Position numbers and translations under genes: made by a program. Below, one piece after another: positions 19,816-29,620 of a stretch of DNA of 64,000 bases (its first letter is position 1; the number at the start of each line of letters is the position of its first letter). A model generated the notes under the pieces. It was not told the DNA's origin. It ran no database searches and saw nothing but the letters and a program-made list of their open reading frames with translations. Source of the stretch: Candidatus Nomurabacteria bacterium (GTDB taxonomy: Bacteria; Patescibacteriota; Minisyncoccia; Phycocordibacterales; UBA2100); contig CALRHH010000004.1 in assembly GCA_943359395.1 (NCBI GenBank), positions 1,699 through 65,698 of the forward strand, in the 5' to 3' direction.

Positions 19816-21564
19816 TTACTGCACTTGGAACATCAGTGTCTGGCTTGTGCCTTGACCGTTTGTTACGTAGAGCGGATACGAACCCGGTGTAACCTGCTGC
19901 GCGACGAGGGTGCAGTACGTGCCTGGCATCGTGTCACACGGAGAACTATACGCGGGAATGGTGTAGTACATGGTTGTGCCATTGTTGAAGGAAGGCACAT
20001 GGAGTGTGCCGCCCTGACCGAAGTGTACGGTGTTGTCGAGTGCGTTGAATCCTGTTCCCTGTAACATCACCTGTGTGCCGACACGACCTGATGTTGGCGT
20101 GAGATACGAGAGCGAGACGTTGCCGTAAGTACCCGAGCCCGAAACAAAAACGGTGGCGCTCGAAGTATTCTGCTGGCCCGCGCTGTTAGCCACCCTGAAT
20201 GTCACCGTATAGGTGCCCGCCGCATTGTACGTGTGGGTGAAGGTTAATGTGTTTGTGCCTTGCGCGTATGTGGTTTGCGGAGCAGATAGTCCCAAGTACC
20301 CCTCGTCGCCCCACGTCACGGATGTCGTCATGTACGCGTTGCCCTGGTTGTTGACCGTGATGGTCCAAGTGCCGAGAGTGCCGAGAGTGAGAGATGTCGG
20401 ACCATTCACGCTCGTGATAGTCGGAGCTCCGTAGGAACCTATAGATGTCACGTTGAACGGAACAGCATTACTTGTCTGGCCGCTGAACGACGAGACCGAT
20501 ACGTTGTATGAACCGATTGTGACGACCTGAGAAGAATACCCGGAGAGTGACGACGGGACGATGAATGACAAGGTACGACCGTCGGTAGAGTTCAAACCAG
20601 TGATAACACCGCCACCGAAGTGGACGGTATTGCCGGTCGGGCTGAATCCGGAACCATACACCGTTACCATAGAACCAACTGCGCCAGAAGTAGGATTGAG
20701 ATACGCGATGTACGGAGCATTTACGTTTGGCGGGCAATACGAAGTCGCGTTGTACGTGCCATAGGTGTACGGGTAGTTACATGCCGAGTAGCTTGCAATG
20801 ACAGTGAACGTAAGTGTGTTGCTCGTACCGCGCGAATTGGTGACGTAGACGCCAACTCCACCGGGGAGAACGCCTCCTGGGATTGTGACGGTGAGCGACG
20901 ATCCGTTGGATGATGGAACGCTCGCCACTGGTTGGCTACCGAAGTACACCGTGTTGTTTAAATAATCGAGATTCGTTCCGTAAATGGTGATGTTTGTACC
21001 CGGCTCACCGGAGACTGGGGAAATAGAGCTCAGCGAAACGCCATACCCGTAGTTGTACGTGTTACAGGTGTACGGATACGTGTTGTAACAATTTGAGTTG
21101 CCGTAGTTGTTATAATTATAATTATTTCCGTAGGCGTACGCTGGGAGAGCCGAGTACGTGAACGGATTGGTGTTGTAATTGTAGTTGTTGTACCCGATAG
21201 AACCACCGCATGTCACCCGCGAAATAGCGGCACGAGTCGCGGCATCAACAACCCCGGTAACCGGGAGGTTTTGCTCTGTCTGGAAATTCCTAACAGCCGT
21301 AAGGGTTGCCGTTCTGTAATTTCCCGTAATCATCCAACTGCCGCCACCTGGGTAATTGCGGCTGACGAGGAAGGTCTGAAGCTGACGCACTTGACTTCCA
21401 TTTGAACCATACAAGAGGTCACTCAGGAGGTTAACGCAGGCACCCACGTAGGGCTGTGTGTAAGTTGAGCCATATGAATAGGTCGGATAATAGCTCTGAG
21501 CAGAGGCTACATTGGCCCCAAGGGCTACGACGGCCACGAGTGAGGAAACAATGACTTTGTTCAT
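19816..21564 (-). CDS. Secreted surface protein with an N-terminal peptidoglycan-binding domain, an N/Y-rich linker and at least four IPT/TIG-like Ig-fold repeats.
   Basis: Signal peptide; QVRQLQTFLVSRNYPGG...TGNYRTATLTAVRNFQ (PG_binding_1); an NYNYN low-complexity stretch; and repeated SISPVSGEPGTNITIYGTNL / LNPTSGAVGSMVTVYGSGF / LTPTSGRVGTQVMLQGTGFN motifs. Confidence 0.6.
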   Translation of the reverse strand: MNKVIVSSLVAVVALGANVASAQSYYPTYSYGSTYTQPYVGACVNLLSDLLYGSNGSQVRQLQTFLVSRNYPGGGSWMITGNYRTATLTAVRNFQTEQNLPVTGVVDAATRAAISRVTCGGSIGYNNYNYNTNPFTYSALPAYAYGNNYNYNNYGNSNCYNTYPYTCNTYNYGYGVSLSSISPVSGEPGTNITIYGTNLDYLNNTVYFGSQPVASVPSSNGSSLTVTIPGGVLPGGVGVYVTNSRGTSNTLTFTVIASYSACNYPYTYGTYNATSYCPPNVNAPYIAYLNPTSGAVGSMVTVYGSGFSPTGNTVHFGGGVITGLNSTDGRTLSFIVPSSLSGYSSQVVTIGSYNVSVSSFSGQTSNAVPFNVTSIGSYGAPTITSVNGPTSLTLGTLGTWTITVNNQGNAYMTTSVTWGDEGYLGLSAPQTTYAQGTNTLTFTHTYNAAGTYTVTFRVANSAGQQNTSSATVFVSGSGTYGNVSLSYLTPTSGRVGTQVMLQGTGFNALDNTVHFGQGGTLHVPSFNNGTTMYYTIPAYSSPCDTMPGTYCTLVAQQVTPGSYPLYVTNGQGTSQTLMFQVQ

Positions 21565-21779
21565 AAATATGTTAAAAATATGGCTTAAAGCCTTGACTAT
21601 CTACTAATATCAGGGGCTAATACAGCCACTATGCAACAAGATGCTTTTTTATGCAAGCTCCCGCTTTTCTTACGGTTTTACTGTTAGAAATAGCGCAGTC
21701 CCTTGGGGATTCCCTGTTTGTCCGCGTGTTGCGCGGTTACAAACAGCAATCCTGTATGGGCTCTCTTCTTTTTCGAGTT

Positions 21780-22664
21780 TTATGACCGAGAAAGCTTCGA
21801 ATTATCGGTCAGGAGCAAAACGCCAAGAAGAAACGGGGGCAGAGAGGCAAGCTGCCAAATGTTTGGAAGCTGATGTAGGATAATCCATGCCAGTACCAAG
21901 GTCACTAGAGGCGTAATGCTCACGAGTGCGCTCGCTTTTGTCACAGATACTCGGTGAATGCCCTCAATCCAGAGCATCTTTTCAAATCCAAGAAAAACTA
22001 CCCCGTTCAAGAGAAGGAGCGGCAACGCCGCCGATACACCACCCACCGTACCACTGACGTTAAAAAAATACAAAAATGCAAATAAAACTATCGCGGACAG
22101 CGCGCTGCGTAAAAACATGATGCTATCGCTTGAAGCAATTTTGCGAGCCTTCTGTTGGAAATAATTCCCGAACGGTGCGATAAAGGTCGCACAAAGAATA
22201 AATACATCTCCCGCGTTTATACCTCCGAAGTCACGTCCGAGAATGATGAGAGCGCCGGCAATCATGAGAGCGGCCCCCAGTATATGTGCCGGTAAGATGC
22301 CCTCCTTGCGATAGATATTAAAAAAGACGAAGGATGTGCATATTTGAAAGAGAATAATGATGGAAACATTGCCCGGCGTCGAATATTTGAGACCGGAAAA
22401 ATAGAGGCCGTAAAAGAGTATCCCGATAAAAAAAGTGATGAGGGCACCGTATTTCCACAAGAGTGGATTCCGAAGCTCCATCCAGTGTTTACGATATGTG
22501 ATCAAGCATGCGAAAAAGGTAGCCGCAAACAACGTACTCCACGCAAGTGAAACGAAATTAGAGACCTGCGTATAGGTAAGGGTAACCCCGATGGGGAGAA
22601 AACCTCCGAGTGTCGCGGCTGAAAGTACGTAGAGATCCCCCTTCCGCGTCTCGGACCAGGTCAT
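21780..22664 (-). CDS. EamA/DMT-family transporter.
   Basis: About ten TM helices with two-lobed EamA-like organisation. Confidence 0.55.
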   Translation of the reverse strand: MTWSETRKGDLYVLSAATLGGFLPIGVTLTYTQVSNFVSLAWSTLFAATFFACLITYRKHWMELRNPLLWKYGALITFFIGILFYGLYFSGLKYSTPGNVSIIILFQICTSFVFFNIYRKEGILPAHILGAALMIAGALIILGRDFGGINAGDVFILCATFIAPFGNYFQQKARKIASSDSIMFLRSALSAIVLFAFLYFFNVSGTVGGVSAALPLLLLNGVVFLGFEKMLWIEGIHRVSVTKASALVSITPLVTLVLAWIILHQLPNIWQLASLPPFLLGVLLLTDNSKLSRS

Positions 22665-22671
22665 CGGGCAA

Positions 22672-22775
22672 GTATACCCCGTGAGATATGGACGATTTCA
22701 CGGCGAGGGAACCATGAACGCTCTGCAATTCAAGAAAGTCTACCAAAAGATAGCGTGTCTATCTCATGGGGTATA
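22672..22775. repeat. Inverted pair of the family-1 motif upstream of the EamA transporter start.
   Basis: GTATACCCCGTGAGATA at 22672..22688 and TATCTCATGGGGTATA at 22760..22775. Confidence 0.8.
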
Positions 22776-22781
22776 TCAACG

Positions 22782-24101
22782 CTAACGTGAGAAGCGGCGT
22801 GGGCCTCGTGATGGGCCGCGAGACGATGGACGCGATGATGAAGAGCGGCGTGGGCGACTTCCGAAGCCGGAACCTCCTCTTGGAGTAAAACCTCCCGGTT
22901 GCGGACGAGAAAATCTTCGTGGTCGGTCGTCATTGACATACGGCTGAGCTGCGCGAGCAGGCGGAAGTGCGGGCAGTACTGAGATGGGAACGGTTTTCCG
23001 GATAAGGTATTCAATATCGCGTATCTCGCGTTTCTGATGCGGTTCGGCAAAGGATATTGCGTGGCCTTCGGCACCTGCGCGCGCGGTGCGGCCGATACGG
23101 TGGACGTAATCGGAGGTGTCCATCGGCAGGTCGTAATTGATGACAAGTTCTATTCCCTTCACGTCGATACCGCGCGAAGCGATATCGGTCGCGACCAGCA
23201 CACGATATTTTCCATTCTTAAATCCTTCCAATGCTTCGCGCCGCTGCGAGAGAGAGCGATTTCCGTGAATCTCTGCGGCAGTGTGCCCCATCGATGCGAC
23301 AGTGCGCATGATGCGCTTCGCGCCGTGCTTGGTTCGGGAGAAGACGAGCGTCGAACCCGCGTAATCGCCGAGAACCTTTTCTAACAAACGTGCCTTGTCT
23401 TCCTTGCGCACGATGAAAAATTCCTGAGTGACTTTTGCCACCGTCGTGCCCGCAGGTGCGACCTCGATGCGCAACGGCAGCGTCATGTGCTGCGTCGCGA
23501 GTTGCATAATTTCTTTTGAGAGCGTTGCCGAGAATAGCATCGTCTGGCGCTTTGTGGGGGCTGCCGCGATTATTTTCTTCACTTGCGGCCAGAAGCCCAT
23601 GTCGAGCATACGGTCTGCTTCGTCGAGAATGAGGACCTCTACCATGTCGAGCTTAAGAGTCTTTTGGGCAAGGTGGTCGAGCAAACGGCCGGGAGTTGCA
23701 ATAATGACGTGTGGGTCACGACGGAGCGAAGAAATCTGCATACCCATTGAAGCGCCTCCGATGAATACGGTGGTGCGAAGACCGAGCGGTCGCGCAAGTT
23801 TTGAGAGTGTCTCATCTACTTGCAGTGCAAGCTCGCGCGTAGGCACGAGAATGAGTCCCCGACCGGTTCCTGCCGCCAGTCGCTGGAGGAGCGGGATGCC
23901 AAACGCAAGTGTTTTGCCCGTACCTGTCTGGGCAACGCCGACAACATCCTTACCTGCGACTCCCTCGGGAATGGCACGGTATTGGATGGGTGTCGGTGTA
24001 GTGAAATTGAGCTTCCCGAGTATATCTAAAATGTTCGGTGAAATGCCGAGACCATTGAACGTATGCTCCGACATAGGCGGAGTGGAAGGTGTTGGAGTCA
24101 T
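22782..24101 (-). CDS. DEAD-box ATP-dependent RNA helicase with a C-terminal RGG/S-rich tail.
   Basis: Q-motif, AQTGTGKT, DEAD, SAT and HRIGRTARAG motifs. Confidence 0.9.
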   Translation of the reverse strand: MTPTPSTPPMSEHTFNGLGISPNILDILGKLNFTTPTPIQYRAIPEGVAGKDVVGVAQTGTGKTLAFGIPLLQRLAAGTGRGLILVPTRELALQVDETLSKLARPLGLRTTVFIGGASMGMQISSLRRDPHVIIATPGRLLDHLAQKTLKLDMVEVLILDEADRMLDMGFWPQVKKIIAAAPTKRQTMLFSATLSKEIMQLATQHMTLPLRIEVAPAGTTVAKVTQEFFIVRKEDKARLLEKVLGDYAGSTLVFSRTKHGAKRIMRTVASMGHTAAEIHGNRSLSQRREALEGFKNGKYRVLVATDIASRGIDVKGIELVINYDLPMDTSDYVHRIGRTARAGAEGHAISFAEPHQKREIRDIEYLIRKTVPISVLPALPPARAAQPYVNDDRPRRFSRPQPGGFTPRGGSGFGSRPRRSSSSRPSSRGPSRGPRRFSR

Positions 24102-24210
24102 TGAAATATAGCTAGAAACGTGAACTAATGTCTGATGGTACCATGAAAATCACATAAACGCAAACCTGCCTTGGGACGAGGAGACACACTTAAAGAAAAG
24201 CTCATTCTCT

Positions 24211-24420
24211 CTATCTATTGTGCCTCATATTGTCGAGCGCCCATGTGTACTCAATAATCAGCACCGCTATCCACTGCGGTTCATTGTGGAGAAGAAAGAA
24301 AATCGCCCCAAAGATAACTGCCGAGGTATTGACAATAAAAAAGGCAATATCAAAAACTTCTTCGTGTCGAGATATCTTCTCATTATTGGTAACGTACAGC
24401 AGCCATTCTTTTAGATTCAT
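24211..24420 (-). CDS. Small hypothetical membrane protein in an AT-rich stretch.
   Basis: ORF 24211..24510 trimmed to the internal Met (MNLKEW) so it does not overlap the cupin gene. One TM helix. Confidence 0.3.
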   Translation of the reverse strand: MNLKEWLLYVTNNEKISRHEEVFDIAFFIVNTSAVIFGAIFFLLHNEPQWIAVLIIEYTWALDNMRHNR

Positions 24421-24436
24421 ATCGTAGTTAGGGACG

Positions 24437-24832
24437 CTACTCGGTAGTTTTTCCATCGAATTCTTCTTCATCACCTTCTGCCTCCGCCTTAGTCGCGTGA
24501 ATGATTCCATCGCGGTGATTAGGCGGAGAATAGACCGTATAAAGCTTCATCGCCCTATCCGAGGATGTATTGACGATGTTGTGGAGCGCTCCCGCGGGAA
24601 CGACGATTGAAAACCCGTCGCCGATAGAGTGCTCAACGCCGTCCAAAATTGCCTTCCCCTCGCCCACTTCGCAACGGATAAACTGATCAAGCTGGTGAAC
24701 CTCTTCACCGATGTCCTCACCTGGTCGGAGACTCATCAATACAAGCTGACTATTTTTAGCGGTGTAGAGTACCTTACGGAAGTCCTCATTCTCAAGTGAC
24801 GCTTTTTCTATGTTGGCTACGTAACCCTTCAT
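24437..24832 (-). CDS. Cupin-domain protein.
   Basis: GEDIGEEVHQLDQFIRCEVGEGKAILDGVEH...PAGALHNIVN, the cupin two-motif pattern. Confidence 0.6.
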   Translation of the reverse strand: MKGYVANIEKASLENEDFRKVLYTAKNSQLVLMSLRPGEDIGEEVHQLDQFIRCEVGEGKAILDGVEHSIGDGFSIVVPAGALHNIVNTSSDRAMKLYTVYSPPNHRDGIIHATKAEAEGDEEEFDGKTTE

Positions 24833-25005
24833 ATCCGCTTCGGCTTTTTTACCTTTTTTATTCCGAGATTCTTAACCTTTCCCTCAAGCCGGTGCGCCTG
24901 CCAACGCTTCGTGGTTTCTCCCTTCATTACCTTATGATGCGGTTTTTTCATAGCACTGCAATTAGGAGCACGCGAATAATATCTTCAGTATACGCCTGAA
25001 AGAGA

Positions 25006-25386
25006 CTACTGGAACTCTATGCGAAAATTGTACATCCCCATCGAGCACAGGCCTTGCATCGTGCCCTGTGCCTGCTCGCTTGAGATACTGATTTCTTCCG
25101 TACCCGACGATTGCAGGAATTTTTGATATGAAAGCTTCGGAATGACCAAACTGGACGAACAATCGAATGTCCCACTCGTCTTGACACGCAGTACAGTCGG
25201 CATGCCTGCCGTCGCGATAATGATACGCGGCTTATATCCGCCCTTAGCGGTAATATCGACGAACTGTGTTCCACCCACGACGGTTGCGACACCAGACGCA
25301 CCTGTGAAGGATTGGCTCCCCAGCCAGAGGCCTCCTCCGATAACGAGGAGACTGATGCCGACAGAGAGAATAATTGATTTGTTCAT
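25006..25386 (-). CDS. Secreted, membrane-anchored cupredoxin-like putative copper-binding protein.
   Basis: Signal/TM anchor; a C-terminal ...DCSSS...GLCSMGMYNF motif resembling blue-copper ligands; last gene of the copper operon. Confidence 0.45.
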   Translation of the reverse strand: MNKSIILSVGISLLVIGGGLWLGSQSFTGASGVATVVGGTQFVDITAKGGYKPRIIIATAGMPTVLRVKTSGTFDCSSSLVIPKLSYQKFLQSSGTEEISISSEQAQGTMQGLCSMGMYNFRIEFQ

Positions 25387-25391
25387 ATTGA

Positions 25392-26414
25392 TTAGACGTT
25401 CAAAACCGGACTAATAATCCCCGCCGTAGCAAGGGCATTTGTAAGATTGAGAAGCGCCAACATAATAACGATGATTCCTGCCGTCTTGAAAAATATCCCC
25501 TTCCACGGCTTGTGCGCGATATTGAGTGAGCCGAATGAAAGGAGCGCGAGCATCGGAAATGTGCCGAGTGCAAAAACAGACATCGTCATGGCACCTTGCA
25601 TGAAGCTTCCTGTCGAGAGTGCGTAGAGTTGCATGGATTGGGTAAATCCGCAGGGGAGGAAGAACGTCCCGATGCCGACGAGAACTGGTGCGAGGTAATG
25701 GTCGTGCCTGCTCCCCCGCACGACGTGTCGCGAGAGCCCTGCGGGCATCGTAATTTGGAGTCGTTTTGTGAAATGAAATATATCGAGCAGATTGATGCCG
25801 AGAACGAACATTACGAGAGCGACTACGATGCCGAGTACCACATTGGCGGTGAGCCCGAGATGGAAGGAGCTTCCAATCAATCCAATAACACCGCCGAGTA
25901 CGAAGAAACCACCGAGTCTGCCCACATGGAAGAGCGTCTGCGTCCGCCACGTACCCCCTTCTTTTGCAGAGCTTGCAGAGAGTGACAACACAAGTCCGCC
26001 AACGATGGCGAGACACGAGGAAACCGAGGCAATGAGTCCGATGACGAATGCCGTCCCATAGCTCACATTCGAACTCGTAATGAGATTCGCGAGCCCCGCT
26101 TTTTGCAGCGCGATAAATCCCGCAATAAGTACGAGCGCGATAGGAAGCGCATACACGAAATCCCCCCATCCGGCATTTTTTTGCTGTTTTTCAACAGAGA
26201 TAGTGTACCCGTGACTTTTAACAAGCGCCGTCAGCTGTTCGGCTATTGCCTCGGGTGCGTCAGCCAAATCTCCCGTAATGCTCACCTGGTGGTTCGCGAG
26301 AGACGCTCTCACATCGGAGACGTGCGGCAACTCTTTGAATGTTTCTTCTATAAGAAGGGTGCACGCTTTGCAGTGCATGCCGCTCACGTGGAACATGTAT
26401 CTCTCATTGTTCAT
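25392..26414 (-). CDS. Heavy-metal-associated (HMA) domain fused to a DsbD_2/CcdA-like polytopic membrane domain.
   Basis: MFHVSGMHCKACTLLIEE (GMxCxxC), then TM helices containing SVSSCLAIVGG and FFLPCGFTQS cysteine motifs. Confidence 0.6.
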   Translation of the reverse strand: MNNERYMFHVSGMHCKACTLLIEETFKELPHVSDVRASLANHQVSITGDLADAPEAIAEQLTALVKSHGYTISVEKQQKNAGWGDFVYALPIALVLIAGFIALQKAGLANLITSSNVSYGTAFVIGLIASVSSCLAIVGGLVLSLSASSAKEGGTWRTQTLFHVGRLGGFFVLGGVIGLIGSSFHLGLTANVVLGIVVALVMFVLGINLLDIFHFTKRLQITMPAGLSRHVVRGSRHDHYLAPVLVGIGTFFLPCGFTQSMQLYALSTGSFMQGAMTMSVFALGTFPMLALLSFGSLNIAHKPWKGIFFKTAGIIVIMLALLNLTNALATAGIISPVLNV

Positions 26415-28705
26415 ATCTTTTTTGTTTTAATCCGTAATGAGTTTCCGACGACTGACACGCTTGAAAACGCCATGGCAAATCCCGCGAATACCGGCGAGAG
26501 AAGCCAGCCGACGACGGGAAAGAAAATCCCACTGGCAAGCGGAATGCCGACGATATTGTAGAAGAATGCCCAGAAGAGGTTCTGTTTGATGCCGCGCATC
26601 GTCATTTTTGACAAACGCACAGCCATGACCAGTTTTGAAATATCGCCGTGCAATAAGGTAATACCTGCAGTTTCTATTGCCACATCGGTGCCCGTCGCCA
26701 TCGCAATGCCCACGTCTGCTTGTGCGAGCGCGGGGGCATCGTTCACGCCGTCGCCCGCCATTGCAACCACACTGCCTGCCGCTTGGAGATCCTTAATCTT
26801 ATTGAGTTTGTCCTCGGGCAATACTTCGGCGACGACTTCGTCAATGCCGACCGAGTCAGCAATAAATCGCGCCGTATTTTTATCGTCACCCGTAAGCATA
26901 ACGACCGAGATACCGAGCGCGTGCAAATCCCTCACGGCAACAACTGCTTCAGGCTTCACCTGATCGGCAACCATGATGACAGCGAGCGCTTTCCCGCTCG
27001 CGGCAAGAATGACGGGCGTCTTGCCTTCGGACGTGTCTTTTTCGAGTGAAGCGAATTCTGCTCCCAGCTCCCGCGCGAGCTTCTCGCTCCCGACGCGATA
27101 TTCCACACCGCCCACCTTACCGCCGAGCCCTTTTCCTTTTATTATCTCAAATTGTTCCACGGGCAGGAGCGCGACACTTTTCTCTTTCGCATAATTCACG
27201 ACCGCGTGCGCTATTGGGTGTTCGGACTTACTTTCCAGAGATGCGAGTATCGCAATAATGTCTGAGTCACGCTTGTCGGACAGGTTCTGTATGGATACGA
27301 GTTCCGGCTTGCCCCGCGTGATGGTGCCTGTCTTATCAACGAGAATGATGTTCACTTTGTGCAATTTTTCCAGTGTCGCCGCGTCTTTGACGAGGATTCC
27401 CTCTTTCGCTCCTTTGCCAACTCCTACGATTATCGCGGTTGGTGTCGCGAGCCCGAGCGCGCACGGGCACGCAATGACGAGCACGCCGACGAATGAGGTG
27501 AGGCCAAATGCAAACGCCTGCGCGAAGCCGAGATACTGCGAACCGATGACGAGCCACGCACCCAGCGCAAGAAACGCAATAACGAGTACGATGGGTACGA
27601 AAATACCGGAAATTTTGTCCGCAAGCGCCTGAATGGGCGCACGAGAGCCTTGAGCCTCCTCAACCATCTTCACGATGCGCGCGAGCATTGTTTCGGAGCC
27701 GACCTTCGTCGCCTTGAAGGTGAACGAACCGCTTGTATTAATAGTCCCTGCTACTACCGTATCCCCCGCCGACTTTTTTATCGGCATGGGCTCCCCCGTG
27801 ATCATCGATTCATCGACGTACGACGAGCCTTCGGTGAGCACTCCGTCCACTGGAATTCTCCCCGCAGGCTTAACGATGATAAGCTCCCCGTGAACGACCT
27901 TCTCAACGGGAATCTCTACTTCTTTGCCGTCGCGCACGACGAGCGCCGTCTTTGCCTGCAGATTCAAAAGCTTTTCTATCGCGTCGCCGGTCTTCACTTT
28001 TGCCTGCGCCTCGAGGTACTTGCCGAGCGCGATGAACGTAATGACGATAATGGTCACGTCAAAATAGACGCTGTCAACGTTGATGAACGTCCGCAGTGCG
28101 TCTTCAAATGATATAACGACGACGCTGTATATGAATGCCGCGAGCGTACCCATGCCGATAAGCGTGTCCATATTCGCCGCGCCGTAGCGCAAGAACCGGT
28201 AGAATCCGAGCAGATACGGCTTGCCGACGACGAAGAGCATGTAGGTCGCCATCAAGGGAAGCAAATGATGAAAAAATCCCTTCCACACATACGGGACAGT
28301 GGGAAGAATATTGAATTGGGCGAGGATTTCCCAACCCATCACGAATACACTGAAAACCGCCAAGGGAATGGCGGATGCCACCATGCGTTTCATCGCAGCT
28401 ATTTCGGCAAGCTTCTCGTCTTTTGATTGATTGAGGCCGAGGTGCGCCGCGTGTTCGCCCTCACTCATACCCATTGAGGCGGCAGTCGGCTGCGCCAGAG
28501 CCACGAGTGTATATCCAAGCGGTTCTACCTTTTGAGAGAGGTGGTTATGACCTGTCTTTGATTCATCAAAAGTGACCTTGGCGGTTTCCGTCCCGTAGTT
28601 CACCTGAATATCCTGCACGCCATCCACTTTCTTGAGCGTTTTCTCAATAATGCTTGCGCACGACGCACAGTGCATACCTTTTACCCTGTACGTGTGGTGT
28701 GCCAT
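26411..28705 (-). CDS. copA: Copper-translocating P1B-type ATPase.
   Basis: MHCASCASIIE metal-binding domain, CPCALGLATP, DKTGTIT, and GDGVNDAPAL. Confidence 0.95.
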   Translation of the reverse strand: MAHHTYRVKGMHCASCASIIEKTLKKVDGVQDIQVNYGTETAKVTFDESKTGHNHLSQKVEPLGYTLVALAQPTAASMGMSEGEHAAHLGLNQSKDEKLAEIAAMKRMVASAIPLAVFSVFVMGWEILAQFNILPTVPYVWKGFFHHLLPLMATYMLFVVGKPYLLGFYRFLRYGAANMDTLIGMGTLAAFIYSVVVISFEDALRTFINVDSVYFDVTIIVITFIALGKYLEAQAKVKTGDAIEKLLNLQAKTALVVRDGKEVEIPVEKVVHGELIIVKPAGRIPVDGVLTEGSSYVDESMITGEPMPIKKSAGDTVVAGTINTSGSFTFKATKVGSETMLARIVKMVEEAQGSRAPIQALADKISGIFVPIVLVIAFLALGAWLVIGSQYLGFAQAFAFGLTSFVGVLVIACPCALGLATPTAIIVGVGKGAKEGILVKDAATLEKLHKVNIILVDKTGTITRGKPELVSIQNLSDKRDSDIIAILASLESKSEHPIAHAVVNYAKEKSVALLPVEQFEIIKGKGLGGKVGGVEYRVGSEKLARELGAEFASLEKDTSEGKTPVILAASGKALAVIMVADQVKPEAVVAVRDLHALGISVVMLTGDDKNTARFIADSVGIDEVVAEVLPEDKLNKIKDLQAAGSVVAMAGDGVNDAPALAQADVGIAMATGTDVAIETAGITLLHGDISKLVMAVRLSKMTMRGIKQNLFWAFFYNIVGIPLASGIFFPVVGWLLSPVFAGFAMAFSSVSVVGNSLRIKTKKI

Positions 28706-28706
28706 A

Positions 28707-29021
28707 TTACTTGCGCTTGAGCTTGTAGACCGTTAGTACTTCACCGATAGCCTTTTTTGCGTCCCCGCTTTGTATCTGCTTCACGACGCACGTCGAGAGA
28801 TGGTTCTCCAGTATCATATTTTCCACATTTGATAGCCCCTGCTTCACCGCCGACGTTTGTGTAATGACATCCACACAATATGTGTCTTTCGCTATCATGT
28901 CCTGAAGTCCCCGGATCTGCCCTTCGATTATTTTGAGCCGACGGACAATCTTTCCCGTAGCAGCACCATGTGCGTGTCCCATATGCGCAGGAGTATATAC
29001 CCCCCTGGGGGTATCTGTCAA
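28707..29021 (-). CDS. csoR: CsoR/RcnR-family metal-sensing transcriptional repressor.
   Basis: DUF156 fold with a KIVRRLKIIEGQIRGLQDMI helix and conserved C/H/C ligands (YCVDV..H..STC). Confidence 0.8.
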   Translation of the reverse strand: MTDTPRGVYTPAHMGHAHGAATGKIVRRLKIIEGQIRGLQDMIAKDTYCVDVITQTSAVKQGLSNVENMILENHLSTCVVKQIQSGDAKKAIGEVLTVYKLKRK

Positions 29022-29053
29022 ACGGTGTGGAAAACTCCTGCGGCCGGAAACGA

Positions 29054-29569
29054 CTACCGGGTCTTGATGACCGTTGAGGAAGGTAAGCTCGCCCGTATCT
29101 TCGCGAGATCCGCTTCCGAGTACGCGTTGCCCGACAGGTCGAGCAGTTTCAGCTTGGACAAATTACCCAGCTCGTACGGAAGCCCTGTGAGTCGGTTGTT
29201 TGAGAGATTCAAAACTTCCAGATTTTTGAGCTGCCCTATCTCCGCCGGTACTCCGGTAAATTTGTTGTTGCTGAGGTTCAAGATTTTGAGATTTTGCAGA
29301 TGACGGATCTCGGCCTGCAATGAACCATCGAGTTCGTTGTTGGAGAGATTGAGTTCTTCTACATCAGTCCGGGTAAAAATGTAGCCAGGTGCTTTGGTAA
29401 GTCCTTGCCCGCTCAGATTCAATACACCACGCACGGTAGTCGTGGTGGTACCTCCGGGCTCGACACTTATTGTATCTGCCGGCTTGTCGCCGGTACTATT
29501 TTCTTTAACAACGTAGACGGCTGTGGCCACCGCAAGGACGACGAAGATGACAATGAGTATATATTTCAT
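29054..29569 (-). CDS. Secreted leucine-rich-repeat protein.
   Basis: Signal anchor plus LxxLxLxxNxL repeats (LNLSNNELDGSL, LNLSNNKFTGVP, LNLSNNRLTGLP, LDLSGNAY). Confidence 0.7.
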   Translation of the reverse strand: MKYILIVIFVVLAVATAVYVVKENSTGDKPADTISVEPGGTTTTTVRGVLNLSGQGLTKAPGYIFTRTDVEELNLSNNELDGSLQAEIRHLQNLKILNLSNNKFTGVPAEIGQLKNLEVLNLSNNRLTGLPYELGNLSKLKLLDLSGNAYSEADLAKIRASLPSSTVIKTR

Positions 29570-29620
29570 ACCTTAAAGACGTGCAGATACCTCTTCTATT
29601 ACATCTGCGGACGCGGTGCT

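Noticed and set aside
25411-26169. 252-aa alternative-frame ORF (Arg-rich) inside the HMA-membrane gene, and similar ORFs inside copA (27650..28111 and others).
   Set aside because: These are same-strand alternative frames with extreme Arg/Cys bias, and they overlap genes with clear motifs.
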